Below are positions 1-13,910 of a stretch of 64,000 nucleotides of DNA, one piece after another. The stretch covers positions 7,874,001 to 7,938,000 of the forward strand of contig OZ059895.1 of the NCBI GenBank assembly GCA_964057225.1. The letters are read 5' to 3'. How positions within the stretch are numbered: position 1 is the stretch's first letter; every line of letters starts with the position of its first letter. The stretch is from Auanema rhodensis. Its lineage: Eukaryota > Animalia > Nematoda. The notes beneath the pieces were generated by a model, which searched no databases, was not told the DNA's origin, and saw only the letters and a program-made list of their open reading frames with translations. The position numbers were made by a program, and so were the translations under genes.

Positions 1-1210
1 TTGAGTTTGCTGGTTTTCTTGCACTTGTTCTAGCACATATTCCGGTATTGGTTCTGATTGGTGCTGTTGGAGGTGTTCCTGCTGCTCTTGTTGTTGCTCT
101 TGTTGTTGCTCTTGTTGTTGCTGCTGCTGCTGTTGTTGTTGTTGTTGTTGTTGTTGTTGAATTGACATATGTTGCTGAGTTTGGGTGATAAGGCTTTCTG
201 GTCTAAGTGGGCTAACAGTCTGATTATAAACAGCAGGTGTTGCAGATAGAGCTTCAGCGTAGCAAGGCGGCTTGTCTGGTAATGGCTGTTCATCTGAATC
301 AGAATCATATAAATAGAATTCTAAAATATGTGTTTTATACTTGTTGATGTTTGGCCACAATCAGCATTTGTAGTTGGTGTTGGATTTGGATTAGGATTTG
401 AAATGGTATATCTAGGAGGTGCTGGTGGCATTTGACCAAATTGATTCTGATATGTAACAATAGCTGAATTACGATCTTGAGGTCTAAAACAGAATATTAC
501 AAGAAATAATATAAATTCTACTATTATGCCTTTCACGTCGTATAACTTTAAATAGAAGAAGACATAAACGTATTTGATATATTGAACATAGAGTACTGAT
601 TGAAGTGAAAATAATTGCAAAAATCATTAGAACCATAACTAAAATTATGTCATTATGAGGAAAAAAATACTAAAAATTACATTTTCCTCCAATTTTGTTT
701 CCACATAGTCCTGAATAAAATATTGAGCATTACTAATAGTATATGAAATGTTGATAAAACCTTTGATTCCTGTTGGAGCGCTGGTTGTCAATTCGTCTAT
801 AATAGATTTATCCGTAGGGCATGGAAGATTTGATTCATAATTAATTGCCCATATGAGGTAAATAAGGCCAAATACAGCCCAAAAAATATACATTGACTAA
901 AAATATTATAATTTATTCATATAATAATATGTATAATTTACCAAAAAGCATGTGTATGATAGAATATTTCCAGGTTTTCGTTTATGAACACCATTTGATA
1001 GAACAAATAGCATACAGATACATATAAATAATTCAAATATGTATAAGAAAATATTTGAAGTTAAATATAAAGTTGCAATTTGAGTTAATAATACTACAGA
1101 ACTTACAATACCAACCAAACCCTGAAAAAATTTAACGAAATCCAATAAAATTTTATAAATTATACCGAAAGTGGTTGATTACAAAACATTCTCGGATCAT
1201 TTTCGTACAT
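1..1210 (-). CDS. Multi-exon 4-TM membrane protein with PPxY motifs and poly-Q tail (LAPTM-like architecture), 3' end outside window
   Basis: Exons 1210-1166, 1121-942, 896-761, 710-681, 638-530, 483-341, 293-<1 join in frame (one intron needs a GC donor or an alternative acceptor). Protein: MYENDPRMFCNQPLS, hydrophobic segments, then PPAPPRY, DKPPCYAEAL and a Q/E-rich repeat. Acceptor CTTACAG lies 8 nt before the ATG. Confidence 0.75.
77..158 (-). repeat. (CAA/CAG)n coding trinucleotide repeat with three CAACAACAAGAG units (poly-Q/QQQE)
   Basis: ttg/ctg runs visible on the + strand inside the last exon of the first gene. Confidence 0.9.
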
Positions 1211-3108
1211 GCTTCAATCTGTAAGAAAAGAAAATTAGTAATGAAAATGAAAAAAATAGAATTGTTTTTTTGAAAAAACAATTATACTGAAATCAGCGAA
1301 ATAATTAGAATAGTGTTGCCAGTAGAAAGTAATGTCAAAAACTGATTATATTCTATAGATAGGAATAGAATTAGAAAGAGATGGAAACAGAAAATCAATA
1401 AATTGATAAGTTTCACAAGAAGAATATTGAATGAAAGATAATTATAGAAGAGTTAAGTATATTTTATAAAAATGAAAAAGAAAATTCTTTGAATTATCAT
1501 CATAAAGAGAAGAAAATCAATATAAAGATGAGAAAAAACATATGAAAGATAATAAAAATGAATCATTATTCATATTTTAATTTGAAAAATTATAATTTTA
1601 TAATAATAATAAATGTAAAAGTAGAAGTAAAAAGTTGTAAGATAATTCTACTATTATAGATATAAATTTATGATAGTTTTAGTGATGAAGATAAAAGTAC
1701 AAATAAAAAAAAGAAGAAGCATAGCCATATTAGGAAGTAAAAATTTGTTTAATAAGAGCATTGAGTAAAGACCATATGTTTCAGATTAATACTCAGTTGA
1801 TACGTACTTATATGACTAAGCTTTTGCTATATATCAAACATTTCAAAATATATAAAACTTTTTTTTTGTCTGTTAAGAATAGTCTAGAAAACTGAAATGT
1901 AAAAAAAAAAATAATTACATATAGTAGATAACTATATCATGTGCATGTGTATATGTTGAGAGTAATAGTGAATAGAAGGTGATGATGTAAGTGAAGGGTA
2001 AAGCTTATGTTACATGAAAGAATATGTATGGTTATTCATCCTTAAGTTATAAAACCACTCATTGAATATGAAGAAATAGCAGTTAGAAAAGAGATAGATA
2101 TGATGAATATGCATAATATATAACTATATAGTTATCTCTATTATATGTATATGTATATTGATTTAATAGGTAAAGCCTCATGAAATAGACATATACGTCA
2201 TTCGAAAAATCATCCAGATTACAATGAAAATAAAATGGATAAAAGGGTGAAAAGAAGAAAATAAAATTATTTTTGATCTTAAAATTACATAAATGTTTAA
2301 ATATCACATGAATTATAATTCTTATAAGCTATAACACTCAACTACGAGTATGGAAAGCTGTAGCTTTGGCTGATCAAATAAAGGAAATGGCCTAAGACGA
2401 AAGGGGCAAAATCAAATAGATATCGATTGCCCTTATCAGAGTTTCAAAGATGGAAAGCTGAAGAATATAGTTATAGAGATAGGGAATTCAATAAAATTGG
2501 GAGAAAATTGAGAAAGAGGGAGGTGCTAAACAGTTGAAGTAAGAAGAATGAAAGATAGAGAGAGATAGAGATAGAAAGAAAGAGAGATAAAGTAAAAAAA
2601 AAGAAAAAAAAAGAAAGTTAAAAAGAAAATGTAAAGCGATGACTCAAATAAGGACCAACTTCTCTTGTCAAAAGCTCTACGAGAATCTTCAATACATTTA
2701 TGATCTGTATAAGAGATTCTAATATCAATGTATATATATACTATATATTATATATATAAATTATAATATATAATTGATTATAGTTATTCGAAAGAAAGCT
2801 ATCTATACAACCACACAGCAGAACTTAAATAAATAAATAAACGTAAATCTCAGTATTTACGTGAATATTTAATTGAACTATGTTCATAACTATTACATTT
2901 AGTTTTATTTGAATATATTTTGTTTGTTTAATCTTTCAAACGAATGGAAAAAGATAAGAAAACATATAAAAAAATAGAAGATAATTATGAATTATCATTT
3001 ATTAAATTAAAATCAATTAATGATTAAAGAGTATATCACATAAAATATAAAATGTGTATGTAGATATAACTATATAATATTATTATTTATGTTATATAGC
3101 ATGTAATA

Positions 3109-3154
<46 letters not shown>

Positions 3155-3428
3155 CTATTATATGAATAAGAGATATTATATAAAATATATTTATACAATT
3201 GTATATTTCTATAGCATATTCTGTATGGTTGGGCGATAATCAGTCATGCTCGCGATGCTTATTCTAACCTTTAAATCAAATTAAAAAAAACACTTTTAAG
3301 TATTTTACTATGTTATTTATATGCTATTATTAATTATAAATAAACTATTTATATCAATTTTGAAACATTTATTAAAGCATGGCATGGCACAAAGAAAACA
3401 AACAAAAAAAAATATTTGTTAAATGGTA

Positions 3429-5059
3429 TTATAACATTTGAAGTGTTGGCCGATACTGATCTTTGTCGAGACACAGATTTGTACGTGTTTCTGGATTATC
3501 AACTTGTAGCCAATGATATCTATAAGTATTTTATAATTATTTGTTCAAATTATTATAGTTAAGTATATCATATTATGAAAATTAAATAATATACCTTGGA
3601 CTTCGAATGCTGGCTTTGCAGGCACTTTTTTTATGAAGACAATACACACGAATAGCTAATCCGTGAGCTAAACTTTCCATAGGTTTCGGATGACAACGTA
3701 CACGAACAACATGAGATGGTGAGAAAACAACGTTAGGTCCTTCTTCTAGTAAGTGCTATAAAGAAAAACAAATACTACATACAAAGTATATATTAGTTTA
3801 AAAATACTAATTATAATGAATAGTTAGCTTTTATGATAATAATAAAAATAATATTAAATTTGATTAACCATTAAACTAACCCTATAACATTTGGAAATAA
3901 CCATAGCAAAGAAGTATTCAAAACCAAATTCAACTGTTGGAAAAGGCTGATCATGATCCCGTAATGTTTCTTCATCTTGAACTGATTTATGAACTAATAC
4001 TTCAGTTCGAGATCTGAAATCAAATATTGAATTTGATGGTTTCTCATCTAAATGTTTCAGCTAAATCTGACATGACTCACTCGTCTAAGCTATGTCGAAC
4101 AATCATGAATTCAATGAATAATCCAGGCACATTGAGATTTTGTGGCATAATACGTGGAATTGTATCAGTACGAACCATTTTGTTGTATGAAATAGCTTCT
4201 TCTACTAGTTTTAAGAAATCTTTGCCTCTGAAATGTACAAAATATAATTTTCATTAAAATTTAAAAGATTACCTTAAGGGCATTTTGCGATTCATTACAT
4301 CTTCAACTGGAAACCATTGTGCTGCTAACGATTCAATATCCGCTGTAGTTTTTAAATCTCCACCTATATTATATATTATAAATTATATATATTATATATT
4401 AAACTAACCAGTTATTTTACAGAAAAATGAGAATCTATACCATCCACTACCTTGTACTTGTAATGACAATAGTTCTAATACATCGCAACTATATCCAGTT
4501 TCTTCCAAAACTTCTCTTTTAACTGATTCCTAAATATAATGAAAATGTTGTGGTTTGTAGTTTCATGATGTTTATCTACCTCAAGAGTTTCTCCAGCTTC
4601 AACTCGTCCAGCCGGCATATACCACTTGCCGTAGCAACTCTTTTTCGCTTCTTGTATTAAAAGAATTTCCAGATTAGACCCGTTTTCCCTTAAAATTAGA
4701 GCAGCAGCTACATAATTAACATTATCATGCAAGCGAACATATCGTACTTCTGAAATTCAAGAAACAAAATGAAGAAAATACAGATTTGTAACTCTTCTCT
4801 CGAAAAGTTACTGAACTTACTTCCTAATTGCATATCAGGTACCCTTTCTTCTTTTTTGATGTTCTCTCCTTTAAGGAGAGGCTCTTCAGGTATATCATGC
4901 TTCTTCAAAATGCCATGTGTAGGTGTTGTGGCTACAATTCAAGAAACATATATATATAGTTAACTATAGATATGATATATTACCTTCAATTACTTCATGT
5001 GTTGGCTCTGGCGTTGGATCTCGACTTTCAGCAATATATTCTTCATCAGATAAAACCAT
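3429..5059 (-). CDS. ndx-1: Nudix hydrolase, NDX-1/NUDT18 (8-oxo-dGDP phosphatase) type, multi-exon
   Basis: LHDNVNYVAAALIL..EILLIQEAKKSCYGKWYMPAGRVEAGETLE|ESVKREVLEETG contains the canonical Nudix box split by an intron. Start MVLSDEEY follows a TTTAG acceptor; last exon ends RPTLQML* at 3429. Confidence 0.88.
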
Positions 5060-5599
5060 ATTCTAAAGAAAATAAGAAATTATAATTATAATATATGTAA
5101 TATAACATAGAAATATTGAAGAAGAGAGAATACATCGAATATATAGAATGATTAAAATTGCGAATTAAACCCGAACTTCGATTGAGTGAACCGCTAATTA
5201 TCATGAAGAAAACTGGAAATAAACATGGGGTCAGAAACTATTTGATTTGCAGAGAGGATATAGAAGTTCAAAGTTATAAAAGAATTAAAGAGGGAGAGAT
5301 ATAGACATAGAGAGAGAAATATAGAGAGAGAACTGAAACTATGGAGTGAGTTAGAGCGTGAGACTATCAAGTGAAATATGCATAAGAAAAGAGAGATAGA
5401 GAGAAAGGGAAATGAGGAAAGTAGGGGAAGATATAATATCGAAACCAATGTTTGTTTAAAGACCTGAAGGAAACTGACTGAGAATATAAAGCCTGAAACC
5501 GAAGAGCTTGAAACCATCACACTCGATGCATAAACCTATCAGTAAAACATTTCTAGTAAGTGTGGAGGGAAACAGAGATTGAGAAAGAAAACATTGAAG

Positions 5600-5663
5600 G
5601 AAAGAAAAAGAGAGAGAGGGGGCGAGAGAGAAGGGGAGAGAGAGTGGTAGAGAGAGAGAGAGT

Positions 5664-5712
<49 letters not shown>
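5600..5712 (+). repeat. (AG)n microsatellite, representative of many AG/CT tracts (e.g. 6880-7003, 9080-9132, 18060-18150, 18675-18738, 24556-24660, 25598-25700, 60880-60963, 63660-63722)
   Basis: Dinucleotide runs read directly from the sequence; they generate the SLSLSL/RERERE pseudo-ORFs in the track. Confidence 0.95.
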
Positions 5713-5714
<2 letters not shown>

Positions 5715-6971
5715 GTGAGAAAAGAGATGGAAGGGAGGTTTCAAGAATTCATTTAGCTCTTCTTCTCCTTAATAAAACTCCATTTATGTTGAAAAATTAG
5801 ACAAATAAAGTTTTAAATGATGAATTCAATTGGTTTTTCTTTTTTAAAGAAAAATAAAACCTGCATTAGATTTGCTAAAGAACTAAAAGCAAGAGTAAAG
5901 AACGAGAAACTTTGCTGTTTCATTGATTTTCGTTCTGCGACCAAAAAACAGGAGACGTTCAACTCAAAAATGTCTTAAAACAAGGAAAGAGTGAAAGTGA
6001 GAACTGATAGATCTTCAAAGGAAGATGATCCCTTCCGATGTTAATACTACTTGTTAAGCATGTACAAATAGCACAAATGTTTCTGAGTGAGAGAGAGAGA
6101 ATATAGTTTTCTTAAAAACCTATGAATAACTAGATTGATAGGATGATTCAGATGTAATCTTCAAAATACTAAAAGAAAATGAAGGAAATGTATTTTCAGA
6201 TCTAATAGAATGAAATGAATTGAAAGGCATAGAAGGTTGGAAGGGGGGATGGAAGAGAGTGATGGCTGGAAGAAGTGAAGACAAGACTAAAACTAGAGAA
6301 GAACGTTTTGCCTGCTCCCTAATGAAATACGAGAACACTTTTGGTGAGTACGAATGGAAAAGTAAGACCAAATAGAAAATATTTGAAAGTTTAGAATAGA
6401 AATTACTTAAATATATTAAAAAATTATAACAAATATATATTATAATAATTTTTAAAAATGTCAAAAAAAAGTATAAAGCAACTACATATTATTTGAAACT
6501 AAAAGTAAACATATTAATTAAATTTTCTGAAAATTAAGTTAAGATGTAAATTATAAATATTTTATTCAAATCTTTTAAATTTATAATTATAAACTCATCA
6601 TTTTATCAATATTAGTTAGCAATACGGATATCCGGCTACAATTGTATTAAGTTAATCTAATATACATAGATTGATATGATATACTCATACTTTTTATATT
6701 TAAATTATTTAAAAAAAATAAAAATATGAATAGAAAATAAAATAAATAAAAGTTTGTTCAAAAAATAATTATATTAAGCTGAAGATTTTAAATAGATTAA
6801 AGTAAATAATCTGAATTTAGATATCTGATATAAGGTGTTGAAGATAGATAAAGAAAGAAAGAGGTATAATGTAATACAAAGAGACAGAGAGAGAGATAGA
6901 GAGAGAGAGATAGAGAGAGAGAGAGATAGAGAGAGATAGATATAGTGAGAGAGAGAGAAAGAGATAGAGAT

Positions 6972-7007
<36 letters not shown>

Positions 7008-9100
7008 TATAAAGTGTATATTAGATGTTAAGATATACATAAGATCAGAGAAAAAAGATAATAAAAGTGAGAGGAAGATCATCACTACTTCTTGGTTAAA
7101 CTATTACAAATGGTCAACTGTCTGAATAGCTTTCAATGATCTCATTTTCGCAGATTAGCAAGTTTGACATGTAAATCTAAGCATATCGTATTTTAAATAT
7201 TTAATATTATATAAATCAAAAGATCAAATATAATATGATATAGTTAATAAATCAATAATCATCTATATATGTACATGTTATGAATATGAATTATATAAGA
7301 AATTTAAAATGTAACGAAATTGAGTTCATATATCAATGTAAAAATGAATGAATATATAAGATAAATACTAATATGAAATTCTTTTAAAAAATAAAAATCA
7401 ATAAGATATTTGAAATTTTAAAAATTATATAATAGTTATATAGTTAAATAAATATATAATATAGTAATAGTATAAAGAAATCAATGAATACAGTTTGATA
7501 TATAACATCTACATACATATCTATAGATACATATATGCATATGTGAGATATTATATAAAGTCTGATGGGAATAAAAGAATTAAAAGGAAAAAATAATTTT
7601 TTTTTGTATTAAAATCAATTCATAAATAAATATTTTAAAAGAATAATTATGAATAAAGGATAGGAAATGAACGAGAATGAATATAGAAGAAGAAAATAAT
7701 TCTGAGAGACCGGTAGTAGCAGAGAGAGAAAGAGAAAGAGAGAGAGAGAGAGATATGATGGGTAAAGAATAGGAGAACAGGATGAATGATCTGAGAAGTT
7801 CAACAAAAATTTTCTATTGACTATGCTAACATACAATAATTGAAAAGAAAACTTCTGAAACAAATATAAGAAAGAATATCTCTATTGAATAGAAAATACA
7901 ACTAATGAATTTCTTTTTTTTTCAAATTATTCAAATATAATTTCGAAGAAGATGAACAAAAATATTTGAAAATAAGATTTAAAAGTATATATATTTTATA
8001 AAAAAACAGCGAAAATTCAGATAGAAACTAAAGAGATTAAACACATTTTCATATGTTGTGTATATGCATTATAACTCAAAAGTTTTAAATTATAATTTTA
8101 AAAATATTTGTTAACTATATATGTATATAATATAGTTTATATATATATTATATCAAACAATATAAGATTAATTGAACAAATAATATACTTAATGTTTATA
8201 TATATATAATATATACACGGATGTAATGTTATGTACATTCATCATACACATGTAATATGTGCAAGTGGTGGCTACTACTACCTCAAGCAAATTGACATTC
8301 ATTCAGGCACAGCACGTCATATTCTACCATTATTTTTATTATTATTCAATATTATAATAACATTATAACATATAGTAAAATGTATTTGTTAGATTCAGGT
8401 TAAACATTCATATGTTTAACGAGTTGAGCAAAGGGAATTGAAGAGCCACATGAAGAACGACAAAAACTTTTTTTTTCATGTCCGATCAAAAAAGAATTGA
8501 AAAATCTTGATGTAAAATTGAATTCAGCAACTAAATTCTTTGCAAATATTTGATTTTTATTAAGAAAAAAAAGTTAAATTAATAAATAAAATTGAATTTA
8601 TGATGTTATAACTTACATATAACAATATGATAATCAGTTATTTTTTTCATAAAATATAATGCTATCAGAAGCTTGTTGGTCAGAGAAAACTTTATAGAAG
8701 CATATTTATGTGAAGGAAAAAATATGCTTAAAAGCAGTTGTCAATTCCAAAAGTATAGGCTTTTACGAAATGTTTATCATAACCTATCAATTGCATAATT
8801 TTATGATTTTACTTGATATTGTATTACTGCTAATTGCTTAGAAACTCTAACAAAATCATATTTAAAATATTAAATTGGAAAGAAAAAATATAATTTAAGT
8901 AAATTTATATGATATAGTAAAGGGGGATTTCATACATTCATATTGTATGTATGTACATATAATAATATTAAGAGAATGAACCTTAAAAGATCTGACGAAG
9001 AATTAAATAAGAAAAAAAAGGATTGCGAGAGAATGAGAGGGAAATATTGAGAAAGAAAAGGAGGGAGCTAAAGAGAAAAATAGAGAGAGAGAGAGGGACA

Positions 9101-9132
<32 letters not shown>

Positions 9133-12100
9133 AAGCGAATATAGGGTTGCCATCGATTGGCGGATTTAGTCGTTTTCTGAACGACAAGGGCCGTTGTCCA
9201 CCACCAACACATATAACGACCAAAAGCTTCATGCCCATATTTGAGAGATGAAAACAAAAAAGGCAGAGAAAGAGTGTGTTATATAAGAAGAATGTTGCCC
9301 ATTTTAACTGTCATATTCCAAAATTGAACAGAGAAAATCAAAAATGCATCAAGAGCAAGATGATGATGATGGAGAAGAGTAGAGCATTGATTAGGAAGTA
9401 GAAGAAGGCAAAGTTTAAGTTTGTCTTTAGTTAATCCTTGAAGCTTTTAAAAGACAAGATACGAATAAGAAGACAAGCTATTTATTCCAGAGAAATAAGA
9501 CAAATTCCTTGAAATATCCCAAAGAAATACGTCAATTGGATAAGTTTTATTTCAAAAAAACTGAAAAGAAATACTTTTTTCACCTAAAATATTAAAGACT
9601 GAATCATAGAAGCTTATGTGAATGATCATTGAGAATTAAATCCTAGATAATATTTCTATAAGGAAAAAATTATTATACAGGTTATATCATATAGTACTAA
9701 AGAAAAAGGAATACTAAGTGAGAAAGACAGAGAGAGAGATAGAGAGGGAGATAGAGAGATGAGAGAGAGAGAGAGAAGAAGAGGAGGAAGAAAAACAAAA
9801 TAAGAAGAATAGGGAAATCGGAATCCATCGAAGGACCGACTAGTCTAGATGAATGGCTTGAGTCTAGCTGGCCCTTCAAGGACATGTTTGACTAGACTCT
9901 TTTCGGAAATGGTTTTCCATTAACCAAGAAACTCAATAGAAATATAAAAGATTATTTAAATATAATATTGATTATAATATATAAAATCATATAAATATTC
10001 AATAAAATCTCATAATAAATATTATTTTATCAATCTGATATATTTAAAAATCATAAGTGCATCGTATATGAATTGGAAAAATGGAAAAAGAGAAATGAAT
10101 ATTACATGGAACAGCAATATTCGACCAACTCTACATGAACATCAATTAGAACACTAATTCTTTATCTTTTCGTGACCATCATGTTGAACCCACTCTCCTT
10201 CATGCCAATGACTAGCATGGTTATTGATTTCGAATTATCTCCGCCCCAGCTTCAACTAACAGGCATACTCCATAGCCTCAGGGCAATTCACTCTGACTCT
10301 TTCTGCCTTCATTTCGATCTCTCTCAGCTGTTTCTGTCTTATTCTCTCTTTCTTATACTTCTCTATCTTACAGCTGCTGCTGTGATGGTAGCCTTCTTGC
10401 ATTCGTTGGCCAGTCAGGGCATTGGCAGAGCTGTTCGGAATTCTTTTTTTTCTCAGAAGCAGTGGAACGAGGATGGTGTGAAAATCGAAGTTAAAGATCT
10501 GAGGGTGGACAAATGATTGAAAAATGAGAAAAAAAAAGAAAACTGAAGATAAGAGATATACAGCAGAAGAAATGATCAAAGTATAGAAAATAATTAAAAG
10601 AGATGCAAGTTGGAACCACATAAAATTTTTGATGAAATATGTGTTTGAGCAATAACTATATACAATATTTCTAATTATAAATAGTTTTTCGAAATATTAT
10701 CTAAATCAAATATTGTACTATTGGGTTGAATATTTTTAACGAACGAAAAACATAGAGACTATAAAAGAAACATTTGAAAAGGGAAGGAGCGAGAGAGAGA
10801 AAGAGAGGGTGTGAGAGAGAGAGAGAGAGATCTGAAGAAGAGAATAAGGGAATATAAGAGAAGACCAAGAGATAAACGTTGGCAACATCTTATTTCAGAA
10901 ATGCCGATAGCCATTTATGTCAGCCATTCATCGTCTAAGATTCTGTTGTCGATAAGAAGAAATGAAGCTTCATTTGCATAAGCTGAACCTTTTGTGCCAG
11001 CATTTCCTCCATATTTTCCTTTATTTCATGAGCATTTTCCGTTTTGGAACACAATATAGAAGCTTTAACTATGACAATAGATCGAAATATTTTAAAATCC
11101 TGAGAAAGGAGAAATGAAGTTCAATTTTTAAAATATGATTTAATCAATAAATATGTTAAATATCTATATATATATCTATATATATATAGTTAATGTTCAA
11201 CTAATTATACATATAGTAAAGTTGAAAAAATTTAAATAATTTTCTTGTTTATATTAACTAAGATTAAAATTGACTGAAAGACATATATATAACTTGAGAG
11301 AAACAAAATGTATAGCCAACACATTGAGAATGTTTCTTCTTCATCCTATGCCATCCTCGCAGCTTCGTCATATTACAACAACTTTAGATTTTTTCACACA
11401 TTTGTGAGAAAGCCATAAACACACAACAATATAATTAATTTTTTGATATATTCAAGATGTTAATTATGCATAACTATATGAATAGCTAAGAAAGGCTATA
11501 CTCTTGGAACAAGATGAAGATTGAAAAGAACAGATTGAAATTTGACTTAAAAACTTAATAAAGTTTAAAAAATATAAATATGAATAGTAAAGTAAGAGAA
11601 AAGGAAGATGTTCTTCTCAATATTTCAATCAAATATTTTATATGATTCAATGATAAACGGAAGAATAGATAATGCAACACACATTAGAACCAGCTTTCAA
11701 AATTTGTCTTGTAATGATTCAATCTGAAAACATCAATGAATGTGAAAGGCAAAATCAGATTTTCGTTCCACAATAGCCGGATAAAGCTGAGTATTCTCAG
11801 TTTCGTCTCATGTCTCCTCTCTTTCTCTCTCTCCCTCTACTCATTCTCGTGTTCTTTTTCTTTCTCTTTTTCTATTTCTCTCTTGCTCTTTCTTATACTC
11901 TCTCATAATCATATACTATTTCCCATTTCGATCGTCAATTATGGTTGTCCTCTGAATTAACGAAGCCTTAGATATATACAATGAAATGAACCAGAAAGAC
12001 TTGGAAGTTCAGATGGAAAATAGGTCAGAAACAATACTATAAGTAATTCCATGAGTATTAAAATTGCAATTTTTATATTTAGAAAGAAAAAAACTAATAA

Positions 12101-13910
12101 TGAATAAGAAACTTATTCATATAATTTATAATAATATAATAAACTATGCTTAATATTCGTCATTGTATACATAAAACATATGAGGGAACTTTACTTTCCT
12201 GTTTCTTAACCGGAAACACCAGAATGCAAATTGAATTTAATGTCTTTTTTTCTTCAAAAGTTTGTCATAAAATAGCATATGTTTCACTGAACTATGTAAA
12301 TGCTAAAATATCAAACTAACTATATATTATATAGTTAAATATATCTATTCAACTAGCATCAAAATAGTTATTAATATGAGCTGATTTCGTTTTCTGAATA
12401 CTAATTTTCATTAAAATTTTTATTATTAAACATATAATCTACATCATTTTTTCAAATTTCAGTTCCTAGTTTAGATTTATGAATACTTTGACTATACAAT
12501 ATCAGTTAGTCAGTATTCATATTATCATTCATATATTTCATTTTTAAACTTGAGCGTAAGCTTATAATGCTTAAACTTTGGATTTTTGTTAAAGATAAGC
12601 CTGTAGATTAATACAAAAATATCTTTAAAAATTGAATATATTAGTATAATTATATTTGAAATTTATGTTTTTTTAAAATTAGAATGTTTAGATTTCTCAG
12701 TGTTTATTTTATAAATATATATAAATTTATTTATTATTACTTTAATATTTTTCAAATACTATACTATATGTAAATAATATAATCAGACGTTAATATACCA
12801 TATCAAGTACAATATCACAAAAATAAATGTAATTTAAGTTAATTTAATTATATAATATATTAGTTTTACATAAAATTCAGGTTCACATCATATATTGCAT
12901 CATGTACTTTCACAAGAAAATTGTATAAAAGTAATAATCTTCCATTTTATGATTGTTTTTCTATATTATTATATGCATAAATACTGAAAAAATAGATATT
13001 TTAAAAACTTATTTATATTTTTTCTTACAAAACATTATCAATCTAGTTGTTTAAAAATATTTATGTTATGTATATTCATATATAATATATTTATTTATAA
13101 CTATATATCTATCTATCTATATCTATATAGTTATATTTGCATCTATTTATCAGTTAAATCAATAGATAATACATAATTTTTAATTTTAAATATATAATTA
13201 AACTATACTATATATATATATATATGAATTAAATAATATTCCTTTAACGAGTTCATGTTTTTTTCTCATAAATTAGATTACATAGTATCTAAGTACGTAC
13301 GTATGTATGTACATGTATGTATGTGTATGAGAACTTATTACTATCATATTCTAGTCTAAACTAGTAATATTTTATATATTAGAAATATAGTTAATACAAC
13401 TAACTTACTTTCTTTTTATAATTTATTTAATATATTATATTATTAATTAAATTGTTTATTTATATTATAATTTATTTTAATTTAAAAATACCAAATTATA
13501 TATTTAATATATAGTTATATAAAAATCAAAAAAAAATCAAATAATAATGAAACAAATAGTTTAAAAGCTTATTACTGAATGTTGTATTATATAATATAAG
13601 TATTAACTGTCTTAATCAATTACGATTAGATAATGAATCCATATAATATATATATATATATATTTAATATTATATTATTTACCTATATATATATATACAT
13701 ATAAGAGTAATGATCTCTGATTTATAATCTGTTTTTTCATCTTATCCTTATATGATTTGCTTACTTGTCTTGTCTCTTTTCCTCTCATATCTCAACTTCA
13801 TTTATTTATTTTCATTTTTTATCTTCATGATATACAGTCGTTTTTGTATTTTTTTTTTGCAAAAAAAAAAGAAGAAGAAATAAACAAAATTTTCTTTAAA
13901 TTTCAGATAG

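Noticed and set aside
5194-9885. SLSLSL/RERERE-rich and F/I/L/Y-rich short ORFs here and across the window
   Set aside because: Translations of microsatellites and AT-rich DNA; no domains or consistent splice structure
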